A stretch of DNA of 64,000 nucleotides, from the NCBI GenBank assembly GCA_963693365.1, contig CAVNZM010000003.1, forward strand, positions 9,885,601 through 9,949,600, written 5' to 3'. The stretch is from Amoebidium appalachense. Taxonomy: Eukaryota > Protista > Ichthyosporea. Both the position numbers and the translations under genes were made by a program. Shown here piece by piece: positions 1 through 61,082 of the stretch. The stretch's first letter is position 1. Each line of letters begins with the position of its first letter. The notes below the pieces were generated by a model that saw nothing but the letters and a program-made list of their open reading frames with translations, searched no databases and was not told the DNA's origin.

Positions 1-659
1 GACACTAAGTGTTCCGGTCCCCCCCCCCCCCCCCACCCCACCCCCCCTTTTCCTGCACCTTTTCTACCCTTCGGTTTTCATGCTTCCATTTTTGCCATTG
101 CATTGCGATCGTCGAAGGGAGATAGATGGTTTTGGAAATCTGTGTTTGAAATCGTAATCAGGAGCTGATATTTGCATAAACCGGTTTCCCCGTACACTAC
201 AGTATTCCGGGCATCGTGTGTTGCATGTGTTCCGAATTTAGAGCTTATTTTGTCATTTGAAGCGAGATAGATGACATTGAAAAATGCTGGCTGACGTTTG
301 TGTCACAAGCTTGCAAATGATGCCAGGAAAAATCTACGGGAGCAGGTAATTCATTGGGCCATTAAAACCATGCTATTAAGCACCCATCCTCAATTTTGTT
401 CCTCCACAAAAACGTATTCATGCCTGTCCGTGTGGAAGGCACACGGGTTTCCATGTCGTGTACGAGTGTTCAAAATGTAATATCTAAAGAAACATGTTAA
501 CTGGATGATCATGGAAGTTCGTTGTGATCAAAAATACAGCTTACTCCTATTACAAGGAATCTGATGATATTTCAATGTAGGTATAAGGTATAAAGGTATA
601 AAAACACTTATCTGATTGAATTTCATAACATTATTCACTAACTGAATATGTCTAAACAG

Positions 660-8771
<8,112 letters not shown>

Positions 8772-9333
8772 ATATATCTTTGCGCGCTATGGATAATATG
8801 GAGTTAGTGAGATAATGAAGGCTTAAAAGGTTCCCTTAAAATTTACCCTTAAATTGTAAATGAGGTGCAAAGGATCTAAAGGCCCGTGTTGTTGGTTTCA
8901 GATGAAGGGGTGTGTTCGAATGCATGTGTAATGGCTAGAAGGCTTGTGGGCTCTTGAATGGTAAATCAAGAAAAATTGAGATAGAGACATCGAATGGATT
9001 GCATTATTATTTGTGTTTCACTATATATATATACCAGTATACTGGCATGAGGACCAATAATCATTGACTAGCTAGCTAGCTCCAATTAGCTCAAATCCGA
9101 AGGTGATATTACATATTGTACTCATGAAATCGAAGGTACAAGTCTCCGGCGGAATAGATCTTCGAAGATCGACGGGAGCACAAAAAAACTGCAATATATA
9201 AAAACGAGCAAAAAAAGTAGGAATATATATATATATATATGGTAATCGCAATTTTGACAACCCCTTGCACCATTCCCACCCATCGATATCCCTGCCCCCC
9301 CCCCCCCCCGGTACTCCAGCGATTGAATACACA

Positions 9334-9376
9334 TTACAGGCCCAGGTTTACAACTGTTGTAAACCTGGGCCTGTAA
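9334..9376. repeat. Perfect inverted repeat with a 20-bp stem
   Basis: ttacaggcccaggtttacaa-ctg-ttgtaaacctgggcctgtaa. Confidence 0.9.
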
Positions 9377-9602
9377 CGCTCTCGATATATGGTCTGGTCC
9401 CAATAGCTGCTAGAGTATCCTATCTCGCGCTGAAATTCAATAAGCACATAAGCCGCTTAAAGAAGTATTTGCCCTCCCACCCTCTCTTCTCTATCCGACC
9501 TGTCCCCTCCTCACCTCTCCCCTCTTTCCTCCCCTCTCTCTCCCCTTCTCCCCTGGGCACAAATACAAATAAACCCCGCAATAGTGTGTGTGTGACTTTG
9601 GA

Positions 9603-10176
9603 CTGCCACTTACTTATTAAACATGTACACAATCACAAGATAATCACGCAATATAACAAATGGAAAAAGATACCACACGACACTAGACCCGATGAAAGCA
9701 TACACCTTGAAAAACTAAGCCTTATGTCTCGTTTTATATATACTGACCGCCTCAACCATATTGCCAAATATGGCACTCGCAAGTGTATAACACCTAAATA
9801 CATATTACCTTCCTGTAGAACTGGTCTTTCTCTAGCTGATGGTATTATTGATCAATTACCACGCTTTTACTGTACACGTGCTATACAGTGGAGATCTAAT
9901 AAGTATAAGGTGGCATCATTTGCATGCCCAAACAACACACACACACATCAGTTTAACCGGTCATGTATCGCCAAATGTAGTTTGATAGACCACATAATAC
10001 CGCAACACACACACGTCACATTCACAACAGACACCCAGAAAGATAGCCTACCTGTAAATTACAACATCCTTGATTTTATACTAAACACGCGTAACTACGA
10101 CCTGTTTATTAGATGTATTGATTGGCTTGAGAAACACATCACTACAAAATTATAGCGCACGCGCGCACACACACAC

Positions 10177-10233
<57 letters not shown>

Positions 10234-10265
10234 CCAGCTGATACCGAGTGTCCCGAGGGAAGCCC

Positions 10266-10308
<43 letters not shown>
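9603..10308 (+). mobile_element. 5'-truncated non-LTR (LINE-like) retrotransposon 3' end with poly-A tail
   Basis: Uninterrupted ORF end (...RAIQWRSN...FACPNNTHTHQFNRSCIAKC...NILDFILN...stop at 10155) resembling the Cys/His-containing C-terminus of fungal-type LINE ORF2. A short 3'UTR and an A-tract (10270-10308) follow. Confidence 0.5.
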
Positions 10309-10309
<1 letters not shown>

Positions 10310-10612
10310 GGGGAACCCCAACTAATTGATTTCTCCTTGTAGTCTTTATGGTGTCTCGTAGAGAAAGTAAACCCTGATATATAGTCACCACCCGACATCT
10401 ATGTACGTGATCATGATATACGGCTGAGGGGATATTCCGAGCAAAACCCCCCCCCCATACCTGAGACTGGTTCTCTTTGCCTCGAGTAAACAGCGTAAAC
10501 CCCCCCCGAATACACATCAACACGGCACTGGATCCATCCTGTGGGTTACGTCACCAACCCCATCTGTGAGTTGCGGGCACACGCACACCACCACACTTCG
10601 GTTCACGTGGCA

Positions 10613-10686
<74 letters not shown>

Positions 10687-11569
10687 TGCTACAGAATACA
10701 GCTAATAGCCCCCGTCGACTTGGTACCGAGCACTGGTTTTTCCAAATATGGAGAGAAGGGCTGGGGCCCGGATCACATGGAGTGACAGTGAGTATTGGTA
10801 TGTCTTACTGTTACCTACATGTGGAGGCTGCCTCTAGCCTGTGCCAGATATTTGGTTGTAGAAGCGTTACAGTATATCACGAGTCCCCAGACTCTCAAGT
10901 CGAACAACAGCCTAGCTATAGGCTAGTATGGCAGAAGCGTCATGAGTTGAAACAAAAACCTAAGTATTTTACACCCTGTATTGGCAGGTAACGTTCTAAA
11001 ATGACCCCAAGATCTAGATATCAAGTTGAACCGGAAACCAGAATGATTCAGACCGCCGAAATAGTTAAAAATATCCCAGATATATCTCATATTATGTTGG
11101 CTGGTAAAGAAACAGCAATTGCATGCGTCTATTTCATTTAAAATTTGGAAAACTATGACAAGGGCCTTTTAATGTCATTCACTTAATAAAATTTAAGCAA
11201 CATATTAAAAACATCAACTTTTTGGATACAGCTACAACTCGTAGCAAGTCCATGTTCATTCACAAAAAATTCTCATGTCCGTTATATAATTATATAGGGT
11301 TTTTATATAGGGGGTTTCACCAGAATATTGGGATACAACTGATATGCTACATGAGGTCTGGGGGGAAACGCATGAAACGTCAGTCACGCTTCAAGATTTG
11401 GCATTACTCTTCTGAGCACACACATACTTATCTTTCCACTTAAAACTTTCATTCTGTTCTTTCAGGTACCTACAAAAAAATACATATACTTCAACAGCAA
11501 CCAGGCCGACCGTGCAAACCACGGACCATCTTCCCCTACTGCACCATCAGAGACACCTGGAAACCGAAG

Positions 11570-15532
<3,963 letters not shown>

Positions 15533-16299
15533 AAGCTCAGTATAGATGTCTATATATATGTTAGATATTTATTTATTCTATCCCGTTTTGTTTTTGAAAG
15601 GATGCCCCAGGGGAACCTCGTAGGAACTACCGTCTTCCACACAGCATTGAATGTATTAGTATTCTGATCAGGGAACACAAATGTCAGATATTCACTGGTT
15701 TGTGTAAATATATATATACCTAGATATGTATAGTAAGATATGTGTTATGGTTAGCCTACTTATCACATAGTATTTGTTTTTGGTCTTTCTTTTGGGGTTG
15801 GCGAGCTCGGTTGTTTGGTTGGTTCAGATTTTAGACTTTCATTTATAAACGTCAGGAACGTGTACAGTAGGTTTAGTTTGTTGAAAATCTTAATCGAATT
15901 CTAATCGGATAGCAGTAGTTGCTTCTGCCACTCCCGTTATGATAAGTTGCTCCCAACAGGAATACTTTGTCAAAAGTGTATGTAGTTTTCCGTACATCAA
16001 CAAAATGAATAGTAATCTTTCTTATCAGCACATTTTCGGCTCCCCGGCCAGGATTCTTTTATGCCACCACACTGTAACATGTTTTAAATAATCTAATAAT
16101 ACTGACCAATACCATACTCGGAACGCTCGAGAGAGCCTCTCTCTCTCTGTGTGTGTGTTTGTGTGTTTGTGTGTGTGTGTGTGTGTAATAAAGGCCTTAC
16201 TGCCAGGGGCAGTACTACAAGAAGCAGTTGCAAAACTCAGGACGCTCCCTGCCGTTCTCTCCCCCCTGACCCACTTGAGGGAGTTAGAGAGAGAGGGAG

Positions 16300-16998
<699 letters not shown>

Positions 16999-17022
16999 CC
17001 CCAAATTTCAATGCAGTACGTA

Positions 17023-17624
17023 CTGTACCCTTCGTCAGAGCCATTGAAGGACCCAAGCACATCGGCAGAGTCAACTTGCAAAAAGCGGAATAATTCTGCA
17101 AAAGAGGAATTATTCTGCAAAAAACAGAATTAGTCTGCAAAAAGCAGAATGATTCTTTTGCAGAATCACCCTGCCTTTAGCAGAATTATTCTGCTTTTAG
17201 CTGAATCACTTTGCTTTTAGCAGAACCAGTCTGCTTTTAGCAGAATTATTAATTATTCTGCTTTTAACAGAATTAATCCGCTAAAAGCAGAATCATTCTG
17301 CTTTCGACAGCAGAATAATTCTGCTTTTAGCAGCTGCAGAATAATTCTGCTTTCAGCAGATTGACTGGATTGATTCTGCTTTTAGCAGATTGATTCTGCT
17401 GTTTGCAGAGTGATTTTGGTAAAAGCAGGGTGATTCTGCTTTTGCAGAATAGTTCTGCTTTTCGCAGAATGATTCTGCTTTTGCAGATAAGTTCTGCTTT
17501 TCGCAGAATGATTCTGCTTTTCGCAGAATGATTCTGCTTTTTGCAGAATAATTCTGCTTTCTGCTTCGAGGAAGTTGACTCAGCTGATGTGGTTGGGCCC
17601 TCATTGAGGACTGAAAGTGTACTG
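17023..17624. mobile_element. MITE/foldback-like element with imperfect TIRs and an internal array of palindromic GCAGAATnATTCTGC units
   Basis: Left cattgaaggacccaagcacatcggcagagtcaactt vs reverse complement of right caatgagggcccaaccacatcagctgagtcaactt; perfect 10-bp core at 17068-17077 / 17572-17581. Confidence 0.7.
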
Positions 17625-18090
17625 GGTTACATTGAGGGGTGGTTTTTTTTTTTTTTTTTTTGCCCCCTCCCCTCGATTGCCTCTACTTTGACGAGCATAT
17701 CAATAAAGTCATTGTAAAAAAAATTATCTCCTAGAGACCGTACGCAATGAGATATTCTCTTAGATAGTTTCACCGGATACAGGGTTTGCGTTACGAATCG
17801 TATCGACCCAAAATACGGTTTAGAAAACCCCGCAATACGATTAAGTTGGGGCATTCAATTAGTTAATACGACCCTGAAGGTTGTCAAAAAGCTCGGAATG
17901 TGTATAAATACGATTAAGAGCGCCAATTTGCAAACCCAGGCAATCCCTGACCGGATATCCATCGAGATATACTTGGTTTTTGGCGCCAAAATCGAGCCAA
18001 TCATGTGAGACTTAGAAAGAATACTGCGCACACCATATGCATCCGTGTGCACAAGCAGATACACAAGCTGAGCTGAGCAGCTCAGGCGTG

Positions 18091-18136
<46 letters not shown>

Positions 18137-18224
18137 GGGAAAAAAACACCTTTTCTCACCACACCTTTTTATAAATACCCACCCACCATTATTCTGGTCG
18201 CACATAGGCCACACGAATACTATT

Positions 18225-45069
<26,845 letters not shown>

Positions 45070-46296
45070 AGGTTCCGTAACACTGATCCCTCCCCCCTCC
45101 CCCCCCCCTCCCCCCCCCCCATCCTCACCTTCTCCCTCCCTCCCTCTCCCCTCCCCCCCCCCATCCCCCATCCAAAAGCACACAAAAAAATTAAGTACGA
45201 AAGAAAAAGAAAAGGGACCACCACTGCTGCCAGTATCACTGTTCAACTCTCTCTTAAATTTGGCCATTAATATGGTGTTCATAGTTACGTATGTATGCCA
45301 GGCTTTGCCTGCTTTTCACGGTCCGTGGACGTATGTACGCCAGGCTTTGCCTGCTTTTCACCTTCCGTGGAAGTTTCCATTTTGAATTTTTTTAAGTATA
45401 ATAGCATGGAAATTCGATGGTATGATCTGTGTATTCTTTCTCATTTACGAATGTATTATGTAGGAGAAACGTATCGGTGTGTGAATATACCTCGTATCAA
45501 AAAAGTTGAAGATGCACATGGTAATAAAAAAAAAACTCGAAAGCCATCGAGTCATATTAGTCTTATCTGAAACCAATGCCTGCAGCCGTCTATATGGGTG
45601 AACTGGAATACCAATACGGTCAGTCAAGACTTCGACTATTTTGTTCCTTCTCCCTCCCTCCCTCCCTCCGTCCATCATGGGTCGTTGGTTGGGTTGACGT
45701 AGGACTGGGAGGCCTCACTCCCTCCCTACCTCCATCCCTCCCATCCCTCCCTCCCTCCCTCCCTCCCACCCTCCCACCCTCCCACCCTCCCACCCTCCCT
45801 CCCTCCCTCCATCCCTCACTCACTCACTCACTCACTCACTCCCTCCCTCCCTCCCTCCCTTCCTCCCTCCCTCCCTCCCTCCCCCCATCCATCCATTCCC
45901 CCCCCCCCTCCCTCCCTTCCTCCCCCCCCCTCCCTCCTCCCCCCCCCCCCCTCCCTCTCCTCACTTCCTCCCTCCCTCGCCCCCTCCCTCCCTCCCTCCG
46001 TCCGTCCCTCTCTCCCTCCCTTCCTGCCCTCTCTCTCTCACTCTCTCCGCGCATGGGGGGGGGGGGGGGGGGGGGGGGGGGGAGAGAGGGGGGGGGGGGG
46101 GGGGGCTATATGTGCGAGTTCTTGCATGCTTGATATCCCATGCTCACAATACGACTTATTTTTGTTCGTTTGATTTCTGACTTTTTGGTATGGCATGGTG
46201 CAGTTCCTTTTTACATCTGGCTTCGAACCATACACCGTTTTTGTGGTTGGTCGTCCTTAGACTCTATTTTAATTTCGGATAGTATTATCATAGTAA

Positions 46297-46468
46297 CATG
46301 AACAGGTGATATTATATATAATGGCATAGAGAACGAGTACATAAAATATAACTCCTGAGCTACCACGGCATCTGTGCTTCATCATGAACAGGTGATATTA
46401 TATATAATGGCATAGGATACGAGTACATAAAATATAACTCCTGAGCTACCACGGCATCTGTGCTTCAT
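46297..46468. repeat. ~86-bp tandem duplication between the convergent DDB1 and GPCR genes
   Basis: catgaacaggtgatattatatataatggcatag...cggcatctgtgcttcat occurs twice. Confidence 0.9.
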
Positions 46469-46675
46469 AAGGCAACAAAAACCACCCCCCAAAAGGCCTA
46501 AAGAATATCTCTTACAGCACTCAGATTTTAATTGAGTATAAAATTAAAGCAGCGAAGTACTCGAGTTTCCAAACATACTATTCAGCAAAGACAGCCCCGA
46601 AGCACTCCTTCCTGCTCCGGCCTTCTTCTTTCCCTCCCTCTCACCCTCTCTCTCGCCGTGCGCATTAGCCAACCT

Positions 46676-53871
<7,196 letters not shown>

Positions 53872-53929
53872 TCTGCAGAATAAGTTCTGTTTGTGACGTG
53901 CCTCGGAATGCTTGGCTTGGTTATAATAA

Positions 53930-54140
53930 TAATATGCATACCCTAACGTAGGCTTTTATAGTTGTCCTGTCGGCGCCATGACTCACGAGGAGCTTTGGCG
54001 CGTGTGATTGGTAGATCTGATTTCATCCGGCAGAAAATTTTGATGCGCGTACAGCCAATGCTGATGAGGACAAATAGATCTAACCAATTACAAAGCTCCA
54101 AAAATGTAAACAAAAACCCGGACCAATCGCGGTGGCGCTT
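53930..54140. promoter_or_regulatory. Cluster of CCAAT boxes between divergent ORFs (putative bidirectional promoter)
   Basis: ATTGG ~54008 and CCAAT ~54055, ~54084, ~54123 lie between the GPCR ATG (53871, -) and an ATG at 54148 (+). Confidence 0.35.
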
Positions 54141-54147
54141 CTCCTAA

Positions 54148-54618
54148 TGACAGTTTTCAGTGCGAGGGCTAAGGAAGCCGCTGCTAGCACAGTTACGGAG
54201 AAAGCAAGCGAGAAAGCACGAAACACGAAACGTGGGCTGAAGTCACAGAGTAATTCACAGACTGCACCGTCAAAGAAGGCCAAGCCTAGCGGCCTATCAC
54301 GTGCAAGCACCAACACAGGTGTTGCCCCTCAGGAGCATGATCCCACCAGTTCGTCAACCAATTCAACAGTCTGGGGTGATTCCCCCTAGCCAGCACCAGC
54401 ACCATCCGCAAGCGTTCCACCCCAGTTATTATCACACATACCCGAGCACGATAGCCAGTGCACAATGTAGCGTCTGTCAACTGACTTTAGCAATCCCTCC
54501 CCATCTGTGTCATACTTACATGCAATGCTGTAGGTGCAAGGCCATGTTGTGTGCTCTGGTCACCGCTTTTGGCATCCGCCTGCTCAGTTTTAGTGTCACG
54601 GATAATAGGTGGAAGTGA
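54148..54618 (+). other. Possible small gene or frameshifted pseudogene: basic low-complexity N-terminus plus CxxC...CxxC zinc ribbon
   Basis: Two overlapping frames: KRGLKSQ..PSKKAKP (NLS-like), then AQCSVCQLTLAIPP...MQCCRCKAML. Confidence 0.35.
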
Positions 54619-55559
54619 GCCAATCCCTCCACGTAGTTTTTTATTTCTTTAATTGTTATTGTGGCTGCCAGCTGCTATGGGGTCAGGTGGCAAACGTAGA
54701 GCATGTCTAGTAGGTTCGATTAGTATGGGATTTGGCATCATGATGCCAAGTTAAGAATCAGTTTGTTAGGTGTTAGTTGTAACATTTAACTTCCAGTAAT
54801 GTTCAGCATGTCATAGTGGTAGTTTATGATTGTAATGTTACTTACAGCTTAACTGTAATGTCACGGTGTATGTAGAGTATGCTATGTCACATTCAATGCA
54901 CACACACACGGCACACACACAGGAACATGCACACACGCAACCACATACACGTCAAGCACACACTACATCCATGCATGCTACATTCGCCTTTTTAATACCT
55001 ATGATATCATTACGTAGTCAAAATACCATAATAATAATGTGTAGAAGTGATTGCAGGTCACTTTCACATGCTGCAGCTGTTTCATTAATAATGACACTAA
55101 TGGCAAGCACACTGCAGACTCGGATTCCTCCCCCCCCCCCCCCCCCCCCTCCCCGCTCCACCCCCGCAAACGAAAATTTCGAGGGGGGGGGGGGGGGGGG
55201 GGGGGCTGGGGAAACGAGGGTGTAACCTATAATCATTATCCGCGAAACAGGGTATTTAACTCTGAGAGGAAAAGAAAAGAAAGAAAGAGAGGTGGGGGTG
55301 GCCGTGGGGGAAGCGAGGGAGCAATAGCCACGAGGGCTTAAAGGAGGGGCCGGGAGGGGGTGGGCGACGGTGCACCCAGCCGCGGGGGTGGGGCGCGGCT
55401 GTGCATATGCATGGTGGGGGTACGGTGGGGTGGGGGGTGGGGGCCATGTGAGTGAGGCGGGGAGGCCTAGGGAGGGAGAGGGGGCGGGAGGACAGCGGGC
55501 ACAATGGAGGGAGCTGGAGGAGGGTCAGGGAGGAGGAAAGAGGGAGAAAGAGAGCGACA

Positions 55560-56176
<617 letters not shown>

Positions 56177-56469
56177 TAATTTACACTGGGACGCCGGCAG
56201 GACAAAAGCACCATTCCAAGTAAAACTAACTAAAGGCCAGACAAGAATATATTTTGGCAGTAATAAACTAGATATCCTATTAATCTTACTATATAGTATA
56301 GCACTGGGATTCTAGTGATATGTCTTATACTCTTTGTCCACATTTGCAGGAGTTATAATGCGCAAATCTCACTCTCCTGCAGATTGTATCCATTTGCATT
56401 TGCGCAGTAAATCAGACAGGCTGAGGTATCCACACCACACTCTGCCGCGTTGATATCAGACACCCCCCC

Positions 56470-56500
<31 letters not shown>

Positions 56501-57041
56501 AAAAAAAAAAAAAGAAAAAGAAAAAGAAAGGAAGGAAGGAAGGAAGGAAGGAAGAAGAAAGCGGTGATGTAATACCCCTGATCAATGACACGTCTTTTAT
56601 ACACATGTATATGTACATCTGACAATCACCCCTCGAAACGATACAGTATTCACAACCTTGAATACATGTATCTTACGTTTCCTTCAACCTCCGTACCTGA
56701 CCGCCTACCACACTCAAACAGTTATTTTTCTGCCCCAACCCTCCCTAAAGCTAACCTTTTCACCCGCGCCTGAGCTGTGCCCCGCCACCCCGTCATTATT
56801 CCGGCCAGTGACGTCACCAACAGCCAATGGGGTGTCCTTGTTGTTGCTCTGTGGAGGCGGCTCGACCTGCCTGTTGCTTTGAGGTGAACTGTTGGCATCA
56901 CCGACAATTTTTTGGGTCGCATAGGGGATGATGTGATTGGGAATGTTCGTTGGCAGCGGTATGCGTAACACCATTGGGGCCTTCGTTTTTGGTTGCTATC
57001 GTGTGGTTGAGGATGGCTGGCGGCAGAGGGAGTTCGTATCC

Positions 57042-57860
57042 TTAATCGGTCGGGCAGAAGTTTGTTGGGGGCAGAGGGCCGCGTGGTTCGTTTTGCTGCG
57101 CCCATACAGCCAATACTTCTCGATCGTATGCCCGGCCTCCCTCGGTGATTGATGCAAACCTACCTATATTTTTCTGCTGCGAGTTGCCTAAATTTCTATC
57201 CATTCGGCGCACTTGGTAGGGTTTGGATAAATGGTATGCGCATGTAGGGAAGACGACACCTATGCAACCCTCCTGCTCTGCTTCTACTCTACTCATGTAA
57301 TCGCTACGAAGAAAAAAGTTTAGGCGCACCAGTTTCTCTCGTTTTGGAATGTCCAGAGCACGTATCATATCGTCCCTTGCAAGTGCCGCTTCCACTTCTG
57401 TCGCGTAGCTCCCGCCGTATTGAGAAACACCATCCTTCCAATACAACACTTGCCAAGGCTTTTGGATGTAATTAATATGGTAGGTTACGCCCTTGTACAC
57501 TGACGATTTCGTCTTTGTTGCTTTCTTTGCCCACCACTCCTCTGCCCAATCCAAATCATCGGCTGTCGGTTTGAATTTACGCAAATTCCCGAGGCTAACA
57601 TTTTCAGAATCCAGGTATCGGTGAGCCAACACCCCCTTTTGCACCAACAAATCAATGGCCAAATCCCGCTGCCGTGCAGCCGTGCGACTGTTTTCGTAGA
57701 AACCGACATACATGCTGACTCCTATCTTTGCACACCATTTGCCCGCTTTACCATTCCAATATACTTCCCAGTAGTGTTGGCCTGAGTCTTTCACATTTCG
57801 GGTCGCAAATGGGCGAACGGGCCCAAAGAGTGTATGCCAGCCGCGCGACCTTCCCTGCAT
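57042..57860 (-). CDS. Uninterrupted ORF (or terminal exon) with three AP2/ERF-like DNA-binding domains
   Basis: Repeats: YWEVYWNGKAGKWCAKI..YVGFYENSRTAARQRD; SSVYKGVTY...KPWQV...QYGGSYATEVEAALARD...RLNF; IGVV...KPYQVR...NIGRFASITEGGRAYDR...PTNF. These fit the AP2 consensus YRGV..W.A.I...LG.F.T.EEAA.AYD...LNF. Confidence 0.8.
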   Translation of the reverse strand: MQGRSRGWHTLFGPVRPFATRNVKDSGQHYWEVYWNGKAGKWCAKIGVSMYVGFYENSRTAARQRDLAIDLLVQKGVLAHRYLDSENVSLGNLRKFKPTADDLDWAEEWWAKKATKTKSSVYKGVTYHINYIQKPWQVLYWKDGVSQYGGSYATEVEAALARDDMIRALDIPKREKLVRLNFFLRSDYMSRVEAEQEGCIGVVFPTCAYHLSKPYQVRRMDRNLGNSQQKNIGRFASITEGGRAYDREVLAVWAQQNEPRGPLPPTNFCPTD

Positions 57861-58421
57861 AGCGTTTTACATCAGAGATGAGAAAATGTACAGATGTTTA
57901 TTCTCTTTATTTTAGACTTTAAAAAGGCATCGTAAGTGCACTTGCGGCAGCTGAGCTTTGCGATGATCATTGCCTACCCCCCCCCCCCCCCCCCGCGCCC
58001 CCCCGAGGGAAGTAAAGCACCAACTACACATACCGTTGCCATCATTCCAAAGCCAGGAGCCAGTCTGACCGTTCCAGTCTGACCGTTCTGACCAGTCTGA
58101 CCGTTCTGAATGCCGAACACAGTTTGTTGGGGCCCTGTGCCGACCTGGAGTGAGACTGTACCCCCCCCCCCCCCCGCCCCAATACCCACCGCACGTACGT
58201 GCAAAAACGATGTGCGAGCCGTTTGTCAACCTTGCCTGAAACCTAAAATACCCTCTTGTGTTATGTGTCTGCTCTTCTGCTTGGTGTGAATTCAGACATG
58301 CCCGTGTTTGTGTACACACAGGCACGGAACATACCAATTTAGCCCCATTGTTCACTGTGCATTCATAAATGTACCCTCAATCGAGCTGATCAGAAGGGAA
58401 AACAAATGTGTGCAAGTGTGT

Positions 58422-58466
<45 letters not shown>

Positions 58467-58797
58467 CGTGCGTGTGTGCACGCGTGTGTGTGTCTGTGTA
58501 TGTGTGGGTGTGTGTGTGTAGGCAGGAGAGGAGGGGCAGGAAGAGAAAGCAAGCCCTAACGCGTGTGCACTGGCGACCATGTATGTATTCGTGTAGTACA
58601 CATACATATATTCCCTTTGCCCCACGAACCCCTTGAATCTAATATAACTTTCGTCCAGCCCTCCCCCCCCCTCCCCTCCCACACACACACCAAAAAAAAA
58701 AGAAAAAAGAAAAAAAAAAAAAAAAGGCAACCCCTGGGGCCCTGCCCCATCCTGTTCCCCATTAACACTTTAAACAGAGCCGTAACAGAGGTGGACA

Positions 58798-58830
<33 letters not shown>

Positions 58831-59483
58831 AGGGAGAGGGGAGCAGCAGGTAAACGGGCTTCCGAAGAGAGACGGGGCAGACAAAGAACGGTACATCCTC
58901 GGCACCTTTTCTCGATACAGCGGAGCCCCGAGGTGAATACTCGAGCCTTCGAAAACAAAATGGGCCCAAAAGTTGAAGTTGAAGCTGCCATGCCAAACAG
59001 AGACACATCTATCGCACCACAACCACATACCTCTCCCTTGGGCCATGGCATGTAGTGACCGTGTGCCCACCGACAGGAAGGGGTTGAAAATGACGTAGCC
59101 CATGCATGTGGATTGGTTGCTCGTGACTGCAGCAAACCGTACAGGCTGTAGGTGTTTGGCAAGTGAGCAAAGTAAGTAAAGTAAGTCAAGTAAGTCAAGT
59201 AAGTAAAGTAAGTTGAATAAACCAACTAGGAACCACAGAGTGTAGGTGCATGGATGAGGGTGGTGCCTTCTGCACAGGCACACACGATTGTCCTGTCAGA
59301 GATGTGCGAGCATAGACCAGCATGAGAGCATCTGCAAATTTGTTCACGTTGCCTTTTCCATGAGGATGGAGCCATGCAGCCATTCTCTCCAAACAAGTTT
59401 CTGCACAGGAGGGAGGCTGGATAGGAGTAATGAAGTGGGAGAAGCGGGGTCCGGGCGGAAACGTAAGGTGTGTGTGTGTCTGG

Positions 59484-60030
<547 letters not shown>

Positions 60031-61029
60031 ATCTTCTTCTTATTCTTCTTCTTCTCCTTTTTTTTTTTTTTTTTTTTTTGGGGGGGGGGGGGAGGAGGGC
60101 CCGGGGTGTGGGGGGGGGGGGGGGGGGGGGGGGGGAGGGAGGGGGGGGGGGGGGGGGGGGGGGGGGGATGGATACCTCTCCCACCGAGGTTGCTGGTTTA
60201 GTTCCCGAGACAGCCACTCGAACCAACCTCCTGGTCAACATCCTGCCAGACGAGAGACAAACAAGCAAACAAAGAGTATCTGCAAAAAAGAACAACATAT
60301 TAGTCACAGACCAAAAGCCTGCCAAAAGTTGCCTTTTATGTCTGAAAGCAAGTGAGACACCAAGCCATATGTGCTGCACGTTGAAATAATTTCCACGGTG
60401 TTGCATATTATTCCTCGTAACCTTCTCCTCAGGGTGATACTTATTTCGTCTGGGACCCCCCTTCCCCCCTCCCCCCTCCCCTCCCCCCGCCTCCTCCCCC
60501 CTCCCCACCCCTCCCTTCCCTCTCGATCCCGACTCTTTCCCTACCGGCACAACACTAGGTACCTACAAGGCTCTTCAACATTAGGCAACCCCCCCTCCCC
60601 CCCCCCACCCACCCACGTGCACCCACCCACCCACCCACCCCCGTCCTCCTCCCCTCCCCCCCCCCTCCCCCAGTCCCTGCCTACCAAATCTACCCGCGCC
60701 TGCCATCAACGGGCTTGGTTCTGCCTCCACCAGCAAAAAGCAAAATAGCGTGTTTGGACAAGATGCAACACACGAACAACAAGTTCCCAGGGTTAGCTAA
60801 AATAGGGCTGAAAGATTCTAGCTTTTGGGTGAGAATGGAAATGAAACAAAGAGTTGTGCGGGCAAAATGATGGCAGAGACAAAGAAATCATGCATGTATT
60901 GTGTTTGTGGGTGGAAGGAGCGGAAAAAAGCGGGAGTTGGAGAAAGGAGCGGAGGGGTAGGGGGGAGAGAGGACGGAGGGTGTGCAAGGGGGGGGGGGGA
61001 GAGGGGGAGGACGAGGGGGGGGGGAAGGG

Positions 61030-61082
<53 letters not shown>

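Noticed and set aside
298-345. Possible further CCDC22 exon (LANDARKNLREQ|gtaatt)
   Set aside because: Plausible donor and phase, but the acceptor is uncertain and there is no diagnostic similarity.
17080-17560. GAA/TTC array as heat-shock elements
   Set aside because: Spacing is GAA-N3-TTC, not the nGAAnnTTCn register.
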